The notes under the pieces were generated by a model. It made no database searches. It saw only the letters and a list, made by a program, of their open reading frames with translations, and was not told the DNA's origin. A program made the position numbers and the translations under genes. From Craspedostauros australis (taxonomy: Eukaryota), in contig JALAGF010004075.1 of NCBI GenBank assembly GCA_030167865.1, forward strand, positions 62,001 to 126,000: DNA of 64,000 nt, read 5' to 3'. This document shows, in pieces, positions 22,210-33,572 of the stretch (the first letter of the stretch is position 1; every line of letters starts with the position of its first letter).

Positions 22210-24755
22210 ATGTCGGGCCCAAATCCATTCAGGGACTGCGTCGGAGGCTGGAATCGGGGAAGCGATAACTCCCAGAATGCTGTAGCAAGCGCCACAGTCA
22301 ACGAGATCAGCAGGCAGCTCGCTCAGCTGCTGCAGCAACAACAACACCAACAGGCGCAACAGCAGCAGCAGCACTCCCAGAACCAGCCGATGCAACAGCA
22401 TTCTCAGCAGAACCAGAATCAGCAACACCATCATCACCAGCAGGCGCAACAGCAGCAGCTCCAGTTGCAACAGGCTCAGAGCGCCAGCCTCCAGCGTCAC
22501 CACAACCTCCAGTCGCAGCAGCACCAGATCCAGGTTCACGCCTCGCAGCAGCATCAACATCAGTCACAGCAGCAGCAGCACCAACTCCAGCCGCAGCCGC
22601 ATCATCAGCAGCAGCGAAGGACGCCGACCTCCTCCTTGCTTGGGCAGTCGAACGACAAGAACAACGTGTTCCACCAACAGCAAAACCTGTCATCTTTCCT
22701 CCAGCAACAGCACAACCACGGTCACGGTCATGCGCAGCGCAATCAAAGCCCGCACCAGCCAAACGGAACCTCGCTCTTGTCAGCGTCGGTGCAGAACCAG
22801 CTCGCCTCGTCGCTCCGCAACCAGGCCCTTCAGCCATTGCGCAACGCTGGCAACACAGCCTCCGTCACGCCCACGCAGCAGCTCTCTCTGGCCAACAGGA
22901 GCATGCTCGGCATTCAGCATCCGCACAGCCAGCACGCTGACACCGCAAGCCTCACTGCCGCCCTTCAGCAGCACCATGCGGCAGCCGCCGCGAACAACCC
23001 AGCGGCACCCGCATTGCACTCGCTGGCAAGCCAGGCAATCAACTTTGCGAAAGGATCCTTGACCACATCGACGACTCCGAACCTCATTTCGGCCGTTGCA
23101 GCGGCTGCCGCAGTCGCCAACGCCCCCTCCCATGTCCCCTTGGGATCAGGCAAACCACATGACGCGTCAGTGTCGCACTTCGCACCCACCGTGGGGGCCA
23201 CAGACATGAAGATGCCCTGCCAAGCTCGGGGCATGCCAGCCGATCACAACTCCTCCGTAAGTCGAAACCGAAACAGTGTGTACCGTGGATCGATTCTGAA
23301 CAGAGCAAAACAAAACAAAAACACCTCAGTAACTCTCCACGCTTGCTGATCATCTTCGCCTTGTCTGACCCAACAAACACTCTCTTGTCATCCCGCCGTC
23401 TCTTCCCCCACGTCCAAAATCCCCCAACTCGCCGTCCCATCCACTGCTGCGCCCTCGCGCAATGGTCATGTGATGGCTTACATTGATACTCTTTTCATCT
23501 TCTGCTCCAACAACAGAGCGCCTACTTTGTTGTTCCCGCAAATGCCACTCATGGTCAGCATCTCTTCTGCTCGTACCCAAGCTGCAAGGCAGCAGGTGTC
23601 AAGTTCCGCCTCTGCAAGTTCTGCATGAAGCCCGTGACGAAGCAGAACTTCAGATCACGCCATGACCACGCCGATCGGACATCAGCATCATCGGCACCAA
23701 AAGGCAGGAACGGGAACAGCAAACGCAGCGGGAACCAGGGCAGCAGCAAGTCCGCCCAGCTTGCGTCCAACAAGAACGGAAGCGCAGCACAGAGACGCGC
23801 CAGCTCCTCTGCCGCGGCGTCGCCTTCCAAGATCAGAAAGTCCGCCAGTAGCTCGATCGGCATTGGCAGCAGCAACCAAAGCAACAGGGCCGGTCGTGGA
23901 CCAGCGCACAAGAAGCGAAAGACTGCCAGGCCCGAGGTGGTGAGCGACCAGTCGGATTCCCACTTCCCGCTCCAGTGCATGCCCGTGAAGCCCCAGCCGG
24001 AAACGAAGAAGATGGCAGCGACACCTTCAGCAACTCGCGGTGCAGGAGACAAATTGTCGCACGGAGCCTCCGCCAAGGATCCCAATGCGCTGCCAACCAA
24101 CATGCTCAAGACCATCGGGCGAAAACGCCGTTGGGCTTCGCTCCGCAAGGAACGCCCAGCCAACATGCGCCAGTTCGGGCAATGGATGCAGGACGTTGTC
24201 GATGTCAGCGACCCCTCAATCCCATGGAATGTGGTGGATTCCAACACCTCCGACGATTCCACGTCCACGGACTCTTCTGGCAAGCCCTCTCTGCAAAGGA
24301 AGCAAGCCGCGGTTGTCTCCAAGTGGTCAGCGTTGCTCACCAAGCGCCCCTCTGAAGACAAGATCAACGACATGAACGGATGGTTGATCTCGGTGCTCCA
24401 GTGCAGCTGCGACAGCCCACCCGCTCTGACAACAACCGACGCATCCGTCGGATCGGATCTATCTGACGTTTCAAACCACCAAGAGACCGTCAGAAACAGC
24501 GGCAACAAAAAGAACAAGGATGGTGATGATACGGCGCTCGACACGCAGAGCGAACAGCACAAGACCGCATCGGACACCACCGACACAACATCCACCAAGA
24601 AGGAAGCACGCGCTTCCATCGAGGATAATACCGAAGACAACGCCCGAGCTGTCAATGCCATGGGGGATCTCCTCGAGGCTGAGAGGAGACGCCGCGCCGG
24701 CAGTGACAACAGCACGGGAATTCCTGCTGAGGTCACAGTGAAGCAATCAGTCTGA
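22210..24755 (+). CDS. Gln/His-rich putative transcriptional regulator with a Cys/His-rich (probable Zn-binding) domain
   Basis: Exons 22210-23256 and 23517-24755 (GTAAGT...CAACAG, phase 0). The splice rebuilds 'CQARGMPADHNSSSAYFVVP...HGQHLFCSYPSCKAAGVKFRLCKFCMKPVTKQNFRSRHDH'. Poly-Q region and NLS-like 'HKKRK'. Confidence 0.75.
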
Positions 24756-25339
24756 TGCGCACATCTGCGTCTCCCCTGATGATCATCATCATCATTGCTT
24801 GCCAAGCTCCGAGTCGTCCATCCCGTCGGAGGGGCCATCAACCGTTCTCCGTGAGCTTCACACTTTTGTTATTCTACTCCTACCTGCATATACTCGGAAA
24901 TATACGTACATATACCATCACTTCATGTTCGGACAACAACGGACCAGCCTCGACGAGGGCAGATCTAGTCTTGCGACGACACCACATTCTACTTCACCGT
25001 TACCATGGTATACTCTATAATAGTCCTTTTTTGGATCTCATGCCTTGCATAAACTACAGACAATGGGTTGCCCGATATGCATGTACTCTCATAATCCATA
25101 CATCAAACATATGCCTGTTCTGCGAGGAGGGAATCACGGCGCAAGAGTGTCAGAGGCTGCACTCCCTCGTCTTTCATGGCAGGCATGATCTGACTCGACG
25201 CGCTTCAACTGTGACCATGGAAGTACAGCCAAATGTGCAAGTGTGTGATACGAGCAATGCGAAAAACACCAAAATCTCCATCACGGCTGATCGTTACGAT
25301 GGGGGCATAACTGCAAATTCTAGAGTACTCTGCTGTCAC

Positions 25340-26805
25340 TCAAACAGTTTCCTCGACCTTGGCCATCTCCTCCTCGAAGAAGGCGTTGATATCATCGGCG
25401 TAGAAGTCTGGCGTGATGGTGTTCTCCGTGCTGAGCAGCTTCTCCTCGCTGGTGACGCCGCTGAGGACAAGGAGCGATTTCAGGCCGTTGTCAGTTCCGA
25501 ACAAAACATCGGTGTCCAAACGATCGCCGACCATGCAAATTCTGCTGCGCTCCATGCCGAACTTGGACTCCAGGTATTCGATCATGAGCGGGGACGGCTT
25601 TCCGACGACGGTTGGCTGCTGCCCGGTGCATCCGATGATGGCACCGACCATAGATCCGTTGCCGGCCCATTCCTGGGCGTCCGTCAGGTGAGTGACGGCG
25701 TCCAAGTTGGTGGCGATGAACTCGGCGCCCTCCTCGTTGATTGCCAGCTGCGCGGTCTGGATCTTGTAGTAGTTGACGTCACGATCGAATCCAACAATAA
25801 CGGCGCCGATGTCCTCGTCGATCTCAAGCTTGCCACCCTTGCCCATGTTCGGGACCTTGTCGCTGTCGGCTGGTCCGCCGATGTACGGAACATCGATGAG
25901 ATCCAACTCCTCGCAGATTCCGACCTCGCCGATGATGTACACCTTCTTGCCGGTCTCCTTGAACTTGGTCTGCTCGAGGTAGGCGGCGGCAGCGAAGGAC
26001 GAAGAGAAGATTTCTTCGGCTGGAATATCGAGGCCCAGGCTGTCGAACTTCTTCTTGTATCCAGCACGAGACTTGGTGGAGTTGTTGGTGACGAAGAACA
26101 TCTTCTTTCCCAGCTTGCGGAGCTTCTCCAACGTCTCTGGGATGCCCTCGATGAGAGAGTCTCCCTGCGTGCCCATGTGCAACAGTATGGAGTTTGTGGT
26201 ATTCACATACAAAGTCGAGGATGCGATATTCACACGTATGAATCGAGATGAAGGGGAAGTGATTGAATGAATGAATGTATGGTAGGGTTGGGTAGGGCAG
26301 CCGATAGCCGTCGTCGTGATGGTTGAATACGTATGCGCAAGTTGTGCCATCGGTGAGCAGAGTGAAGTACATGGAATCATGAAAACAGAGAGCGATAGAT
26401 CCACAGCAGAGCATAGAAATGACATGGTGAGAAGGAGCCAATGGCTGCGTCATCGCACATCGTCATGGATAGAACTGAAGGTGCCAACGAATTCTGATGC
26501 TGCACTATCCATTTGACGTCAGCCACAGTCATACTCATGATGATATCCACGGTGCATCATGGTCTTACCCGCCAGATGACACCATCGCAATCGAAGATGA
26601 ACGTATCCACTTGATCCAAAAGCTCGGTCTTGGCATCGCTGAGCTTGAGCACGTTGGCCTTCAGCGCTGTCTTGGAGGCAGCGGAGCTTGTCAGACGGCT
26701 CGCGCCTCCTGCAGCGACAGAGGTGAAGGTTGGCTGGCGGACACCGAACGCGGTGGCGCGTGTGAGCATTGCTCCGAACATGACGGCGGATGTGGCGAAT
26801 CTCAT
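25340..26805 (-). CDS. PGP: Phosphoglycolate phosphatase (HAD IIA), plastid-targeted
   Basis: Exons 26805-26569 and 26164-25340. HAD motif I 'FIFDCDGVIWRGD' spans the splice; also 'FVTNNSTKSR', 'FIATNLD', 'VVGKPSP', 'MVGDRLDTD', 'LVLSGVT'. Presequence 'RATA-F'. Confidence 0.93.
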
Positions 26806-27301
26806 CTTGATATTTTCTTGGCGAAGTTTGATGTGTTGACGAGAGTATGCACCTCTTACAGTTGCTGATGATGGCACAAGGTGTGACGGAAGCCCGATCG
26901 ATGGATTGATGCAGGTACTGCGGTGAGTGTTGTAGTTTGCACAGGAGGGAGGGAGAGGCTCTCTGCATCCACAGAGGATGCTGGTAGAGTTCGATGTCGT
27001 TTCGACTTCGGTTTCTGTTCGTGTGTGTTGTTGAGATTTCCTTCGATCGTTGGCATCATCAGCAGTTGTGACGTTTGCGTCATTGAACTTTGTGAGTAGG
27101 TACTTGCGTAGGCCCAAATGTTCAAGTCTACTTGTATTTGTGTAGACCACACCATACAATACTGGACTCTACGATACTCGACTATTACGACAGTTCAAAG
27201 AATGCCGTTCCATGGGCAATCTAGAGCACTGTATGCCGCACTGAGTTGCTTCAACATCCAATGAATTATTATCGTGCGTACCCATGCGACCCGCGCCAAG
27301 C

Positions 27302-29290
27302 TCATGGCTTGCCACTGCCATTGTTGGTGCTGTTATAGAGAGTGTCAATGACCGACTTCTTGACTGGCTTGCGCGGCTTGGCTGCGTCACGTGCATCGGT
27401 GAAGGATGGCCCAGCATGCATCGAGCTCTGCTTGTGGAGCATGGGGCCCGTGCCGAACTTGAGGTACATTTGATGCCGCTCGGCACGCAGCAACGGCGAC
27501 TCTTCACCAGGCGCACACTCGGATGAGCTGCGCTTCTTGCTCATGGGACGGCGCAGAATCGTGGGAGTACGCAGCATGTCCGCAGCGTCTGCCTCGACGT
27601 TCATTATGTACACCTTGACGCTGGGCAGGAGGTTGATGATGACGCCGAATACCGAGATGCCGAACATCACCCAAAAGTACCTGGCGACATGGGCGGACAC
27701 GTAGTCCTCAACTTCGCTGATGTTGGCGGTTCCGTGGCTGTTGTGGAACCACGAGGCGCACGCGTTGTACAGGACGATGCATGCCACGCCCGGGATGCCG
27801 CCGATGCAGAACAGGTTGACGGCGCTGGCGAGGGTCTTGCTGTCGGGTGGCGCGGCCGAGAAGGCAGCCTCGTAGGCTGCGGACATGGCGAAGATCTCTC
27901 CGAACCCGATCATCATGTAGGCTGGCGTCTGCCAAAGGACGCTGATGCGCTCGCCCGTTGTTGCGTACGTGTGCTTGATCATGTGCTCCACGTACACCGT
28001 CCAGAGGATGGCCAGTCCACCCAGGGCGGTGCCGAAGGCGAACTTGTCCGTGGTCGGGATCTTGATGCCTCTCTTGGCCAAAGCGGGGTACACGTGGGTG
28101 CCGGTGACGTACCCGAAGAACAGCACGCTGATGCAGTCCACGTTGTTCATGCCGGCGGCGTCCAAAAACCCGAATGCCATCTTCATGGCCGTGCCCTGTA
28201 CGATGAAGGTGGTCGTCATCTGCGAGTACACCACGGAGAACGGGATGACGAGTGCTGAAATGTAAAAGACGGCCAAGACGGTGTTCTTGTGCTTTGGTGA
28301 GCCGCCAGGCACCCGCTTGGTGGAGCAAAGATTGCCGGCTGGCTTGTGCTGGACGTATCGCGGTGTGCCCAACACAAAGAGCATGACCCCCAAGCATAGC
28401 ATGGCGACGGGATAAAAGTAGGCGACGGCGACATCATGCTGCGCGACGATGGGGACGATGAAGCCCCCCACGAGCGCACCGACGTTGATAGCAAGGTAGA
28501 AGTTGATGTAGTACGTCTCCACCATCGAGGACTGCAGCAACGGATGGAATTGCTTGGCACCGAAGACGTTGATGGCCGATTTGATGATTCCGGTGCCGAG
28601 CGGCCACAGCACGACGAGCCCGAGCTTCAGCAACGTCGTGTTGAATTCCTCGCCCAGGAAATGAGGCACGGCGGAAAGCCATATTAGGAGGAGTCCTGGA
28701 ATGTAAAACACGATGCAACCCACCAAGACTGACCAGTAGTCTCCAATCAGCATGTCCGCGAGGTATGCCCCCACGAACGGCGCCGTGTAGGCCACGGCGA
28801 TGGTGGTGGACGCGTTGGAGGATGCCTCGACGGCCGTCATGCCAGCGTTCCACTCTTCGCTGTATCCCCCAATGAGGTACGACGTCTGCGTGAAGTTGAT
28901 CCCGTAGAATGCGAAACGTTCCAGGAGCTCCACGACGAGGATGAAAATGACCGAGTAGCACATGGGACGCAACGCGTAGTGGTACTCCGTCCCATCCTCA
29001 TCCACATGGCGCAACGGCCGTTCCTTGTTCCCGCTTAAACAAACTTGTGGGAGGTCCACAAGCTGCTCTTTGGTGCATACATCTGTGGGAACTTCCTCGT
29101 CCATCGGAAGCCGTTTGGAAGGCTTAATCAGAGCCTCCGGGTCCGGTAGCGGCAGCGTGTCGGGGGTAGGGAACTGGTACGCAGGCGAGGCCGATGAGGT
29201 TGTGAATGGCTTGGAGAAGACGGGAGCCTGATTGCTGGTTCCTCCGTCTTCTCGAGACTGGCCTTGCGGGCGATCCTGTTGATTATTCAT
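27302..29290 (-). CDS. NPF: NPF/POT (PTR2) family proton-coupled oligopeptide/nitrate transporter
   Basis: ExxER motif 'VELLERFAFYGI', 'GAYLADMLIGDY', 'GTGIIKSAINVFGAKQF', 'FYLAINVGALVG', 'SVLWQTPAY...GEIF', 'APPDSK'. Many TM segments; intronless. Confidence 0.92.
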   Translation of the reverse strand: MNNQQDRPQGQSREDGGTSNQAPVFSKPFTTSSASPAYQFPTPDTLPLPDPEALIKPSKRLPMDEEVPTDVCTKEQLVDLPQVCLSGNKERPLRHVDEDGTEYHYALRPMCYSVIFILVVELLERFAFYGINFTQTSYLIGGYSEEWNAGMTAVEASSNASTTIAVAYTAPFVGAYLADMLIGDYWSVLVGCIVFYIPGLLLIWLSAVPHFLGEEFNTTLLKLGLVVLWPLGTGIIKSAINVFGAKQFHPLLQSSMVETYYINFYLAINVGALVGGFIVPIVAQHDVAVAYFYPVAMLCLGVMLFVLGTPRYVQHKPAGNLCSTKRVPGGSPKHKNTVLAVFYISALVIPFSVVYSQMTTTFIVQGTAMKMAFGFLDAAGMNNVDCISVLFFGYVTGTHVYPALAKRGIKIPTTDKFAFGTALGGLAILWTVYVEHMIKHTYATTGERISVLWQTPAYMMIGFGEIFAMSAAYEAAFSAAPPDSKTLASAVNLFCIGGIPGVACIVLYNACASWFHNSHGTANISEVEDYVSAHVARYFWVMFGISVFGVIINLLPSVKVYIMNVEADAADMLRTPTILRRPMSKKRSSSECAPGEESPLLRAERHQMYLKFGTGPMLHKQSSMHAGPSFTDARDAAKPRKPVKKSVIDTLYNSTNNGSGKP

Positions 29291-30054
29291 ACTGTGTCAG
29301 CTCCCTCTTCCTCCTTCCTTCTGTCGTTCTTAATGCAATATTCCCTCTATTGTGAGTTTGTCTATTCTGTTCTGTGCTGTGCTGGTCTGGTCTGGTCTGC
29401 TGTGTGCTGCGATAGAGACAAAGATAATTGGAAGGCATCAAATGGAAACCATGCGTGCATGAATAAATGAATGAGTGAAGAAGAAAATGAATGGGCACCA
29501 ATTGGAATGAATGAGGGTCACGAGAGAACAAGTTGTGATGGTTTGTGATGAAGCAACTGGGGCGCCTGCGATGATGCAGGGAGACCATCGTCTCCGTAAG
29601 CAGCTGATAGTGTTTCAGCTGTGCCGCGCTGCACCGCGATGCCGATGATTGATCGCATCTGCGCAGTGGGTGATACCAAGCTCGGAAAGTTCGCAGATGA
29701 GGTACAACATCGGCCATCCAATCGAGAGATGCCGTCTGCTTCCGGAACCAACGTCAACATCAATGTGTGGTAAAGACTGTTCGAGTACGGCATGGTCGTT
29801 GGTGACATGATCATCTCGATCCATGTTATTCCGTGTAACTTACATGATTGTGGACGATGCTTCCGTGAGAGATGAGGGTATCGTTTCAGTAAAGTGCTCG
29901 GCAGGTATTATATTTGTGATCAACCCTTGGGCATTGGCGGCTGCACCGTGTGGGAGTGGGGGAGCAAATTGTTCTGATGTGTGTGATGTGAGCCACTGAT
30001 CGATGACGAGGTTCCTGCGTCGCGATGGTTGGTGGTGTCCACGCGACAACCAAA

Positions 30055-30100
30055 ACGAACCTGGTAACGAACGTGGTGACGAACATGATAACGAACCTCG
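30055..30100. repeat. Four-copy 12-bp imperfect tandem repeat (ACGAAC-N6)
   Basis: ACGAAC at 30055, 30067, 30079 and 30091. Confidence 0.8.
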
Positions 30101-30331
30101 CAGCGGACTTGGAATGTGACGAAAGCGAAGGACGAACTCGTGAGCCACACACAAGACTCTTTCTATCTCGAGAGGGAGCAGAGACAGTGTGGTATCCACG
30201 ACCCACATCCAGTTCGCGCCAAACACAGCCAACTGAGGTGTCTCTCCCTTCTCTCTCTCCACTCATACCAAAACATACAATACCATACCATACGCACCTC
30301 CCATGCCCTCTACTCTGCCCTGATCTATTGC

Positions 30332-31348
30332 TTATCGTTTTTTCTTCTTCTTTTTCTTTTTCTTCTTCGATATGGATGTTCCATCGTTCTGCTGCTGTTG
30401 CTGCAGAAGCTGCTGCTCCTTGCGATCTCTCTCCATTTCCTCATTCCTCCACCGCAGCCTCGCCTCTCTGTCATCGAGCGCTCGTTGCGTGGCCGCTTCT
30501 GCCGACTTCCTTCGTTCCTCCCAAACGAGGTCGGACTCTTCTTTGATTTCTATCGGAACCTCCACCTTCTCTGCGTCCACCCCGCCTTCCTTGTAATAGC
30601 TCTCCAGGATGATGCATGCCGCCTCGGCGTCCAACTCGCCGGCGTAGTTGCGGGTCGGATCCTTGCTCTGCAGCATCGCCTCCGCCGCCTTCGACGTGTA
30701 CCGCTCATCCCACATATAGATCGGAAACTCCGGACCAAGGTTGCGGTACACCTCGACGGCCAGCTCGCTCGCGAAGACGCGCGTGATATTCGTCTGCTCC
30801 GCCTCCGTCCCGTTCTTGTGCAATGGCAGACCCACCACGATGCGGCTGGCCTGCTCCGCGCGGCAGATCTGAATGATCTCATGCGAGACTTCGGTCGTGT
30901 TGAAATCGGCAAGGATGTCGAGCGGTTGGGGGCTGTAGCCGACCGTCACCGCCACGCCCGTGCGCACGAGTCCGTAATCCACGCCGACGGCCTTGATGCC
31001 GAGCAACGAGCAGGATTCCTGCGTGATGGCCGCGGCCGCATTCATGAGATCCGCGTCGTCGGTGGGTGATGTGGAGGTGATGCCCGTGACGTCTCGGAAC
31101 AGGGAGTTGCGCAATGCGGTCGGCACGGATCCTGTGGACAGCGAACGGCGGCGTGACTTCCGTTGCCGGTTTCGTGACGTGAAGACCATTAGTGCTGCAT
31201 TGCTGAGCTGACTCCGTTCATTGTCAACGCGCCATGCGGCTTGGTGGCCACGTGTCACAATGAAGGCGTCCGACCTTGCAACGAGTGCGAGTAAGATCAC
31301 GAATACGTTCGTTGCACCAACGCACAGCGTTGCGCTGCTTCTTGTCAT
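30332..31348 (-). CDS. yqgF: YqgF/RuvX family nuclease (pre-16S rRNA processing), predicted plastid-targeted
   Basis: 'AVGVDYGLVRTGVA', 'IVVGLPLHKNG', 'WDERYTS', 'LDAEAACIILE'. Signal peptide ending 'RSDA-F'; charged coiled-coil and poly-Lys tail. Confidence 0.9.
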   Translation of the reverse strand: MTRSSATLCVGATNVFVILLALVARSDAFIVTRGHQAAWRVDNERSQLSNAALMVFTSRNRQRKSRRRSLSTGSVPTALRNSLFRDVTGITSTSPTDDADLMNAAAAITQESCSLLGIKAVGVDYGLVRTGVAVTVGYSPQPLDILADFNTTEVSHEIIQICRAEQASRIVVGLPLHKNGTEAEQTNITRVFASELAVEVYRNLGPEFPIYMWDERYTSKAAEAMLQSKDPTRNYAGELDAEAACIILESYYKEGGVDAEKVEVPIEIKEESDLVWEERRKSAEAATQRALDDREARLRWRNEEMERDRKEQQLLQQQQQNDGTSISKKKKKKKKKKR

Positions 31349-31727
31349 GGTGGTGCCTTTGGTGGGCAATGCGGCAGCACCGTGATGGATGGGAACAATT
31401 GTTCTTTGTGTTTTGTGGGTGCCGACCAATTCGAAATCAGAAGCAACATGGGATCGAGAGCATCAGCGAGATTTTGTGCGCAGTGCCGACTGGTTGGTCG
31501 TGGTGGCAACCACCATCACGGAGTTAGTCGTATTAGTCAATCGACTTCAACCAAAAGCGCGGACCACGAAACAAGATCGTCAAACAAACACATTGAAACG
31601 CATCCCATCATGGACACAAAACAAGATCATCGTGCTCCGCGTGCATCCAGCACAGTCAACACTACTCGTTGGAAGAGCCGTGTACGTGTACAAATATAAC
31701 AGCATCAAGAAAGAAGAAGGAAGAAGG

Positions 31728-33416
31728 ATGAGGTACACGTCAATACTGCTGAGCAGGGCCTCGAGGTCGGCCATCAAGCCGAAGATCCGCTCGTTGGCCC
31801 TGAGCGTCTACTTCAAACAGCCGGATCTGGGAATGAAGGACTACGAGATCCTGAGCAGAGCCTCGGCGTTCCTGCTGTCGGTGGATCCGCGCGATGAGGA
31901 GGTCGATGAGAGCAACCCGTATGCTCACTTGGAGAAGAACGAACGAGACCGGAAGTCCAAGCTGCATGCGCAGGATTCGCGGTACACTCCCGTCACAACC
32001 GGGACGGATCGCGACCTCAAGGACTTGAATTGGCTGGAGTTTGCGCCAAGGGAGGTTCGCCCGACGGTGCACTGCGTGTGCTCGAGCCACGTGCTGGCGC
32101 CGTTCCTGTGGAGGGATTACTATCCGCAGGATTGGCTCAAGAAAGTTCGGCAGGAGCATTGGTGAGTTGAGCTGAGCTGAGGCATGAACACTGAGAGTTG
32201 AGAGGAAAGGCGGGGTGTTGCTTCTTCGGATGGTTCTACACGAGCAATGCAGTGCAATCCATTGCGTTGGAATGGAATCGGACGCTCAGCTATCATGTCT
32301 GCTTTTCTAACATTACCGCATCGTATCTTCTTGCACCACATATTTGCCGCGATTTCACATGTCCGCAGCGTGTACTCGTTGGAGGTGTTCGATCCGGCCA
32401 AGCCATTGGAAGCGCTGGGGAAGTTCGCCTTGAATCCGTATCCCATCCATCACCCAGAAGGGAGGGACGTTGCGCTGATACACTTGAAGCAGGAGGACGG
32501 CAATTTGAAACTCATGAAGGATCTGGGCGTCGAAGTGCTCCACATGAGAGATCTGGACGGGATTTACGAGAAGGGAGACGAGGTCTCATTCGATGGATAC
32601 GTCGTCGAGGAAGCCGATGCAGCTGACGGCGCTGAATACGACCAAAAGGCGAAATCCGCTGACTCAAAATCAAAGGACGATGACGAATCTGAGGGAGACA
32701 CACGTGTGTTCCATCCGTACCAGGAATCGGGAAAGCTGGCGTTCCATACGAAGGACAGGTTCTTTGCGCTGACGCCGGAACCTTTGCCAGGAGGTCTGTG
32801 CGGTGGTCCCGTGCTGGACAAGGATGGCGATGTATGCGGCGTCGTCGAAGGCATCGTGGCAAAGAACAATTCCAACAAGGATATTGCGGGCAGCGCAGCG
32901 TTCATGCCCAACTACATGATGGCCCCGTTCATCGATTTCGCGGAACGTTTCATGCTGCAAAAGGTGTTGCCGGAGAGCCTCTTCCAAAAGGCCGTCATGG
33001 CGAAAACGACGAACAGCTTGGGCGGTGGTGTCTTCAAGAAATCTGCGGAGGGTGGGTACGTGCCAGGCGACTCGTCGACGTGGGAAGAAGCCTTTGATAG
33101 GGCGATGGATCAGCTGCAGGAGAACTACAGCAAGGAGGAGGTGGATGCGATCGTTGCGACCATCCGGGAGGAGAGGAAGGAAGCGTTGGATATTTTGTCG
33201 AAGGAAGGAGGTGACTTGACGGAGATCATGCACAAGGTCAGACAACGAACGATGGATATTCGCAACCTGATCCATGAAGAGTACCGGCAAGGCGTCGATC
33301 CGAAGAACGTCGGAGAACAAGTTGCGTCAAAACTGAGACAGGCAACCGCAGCAGAGAGGAGCGCCGAATCGGGTGCTGCTGGCAAAACAGAAGCACAGCC
33401 CGGGAAGCAATCATAG
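31728..33416 (+). CDS. Trypsin/chymotrypsin-fold protein with His-Asp-Cys triad, possible mitochondrial presequence
   Basis: Exons 31728-32161 and 32369-33416 (GTGAGT...CGCAG, phase 2). 'VCSSHV', 'RDVALIHL', 'GGLCGGPVLDKDGDVCGVV'. Arg/Ser-rich, acid-free N-terminus. Confidence 0.75.
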
Positions 33417-33572
33417 GAACTTGGAGTACATACAAGAGCGCTCCCAATCCGTTTCGTCACAATGGCGCTCAAGGTCAACCAGCAACTCTCCACTTGGCTG
33501 GGCTTGCAAGATAAAGGTGTGCCATTTTCGGTTATCGTACGTAGCACAAACACACGCGTCTCTTTGGAGCGC

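Noticed and set aside
24755-26251. 498-aa plus-strand ORF, and similar long ORFs at 13752-14669, 16153-16998, 23555-24841, 36907-37989
   Set aside because: Antisense shadows of genes with strong codon bias on the opposite strand.
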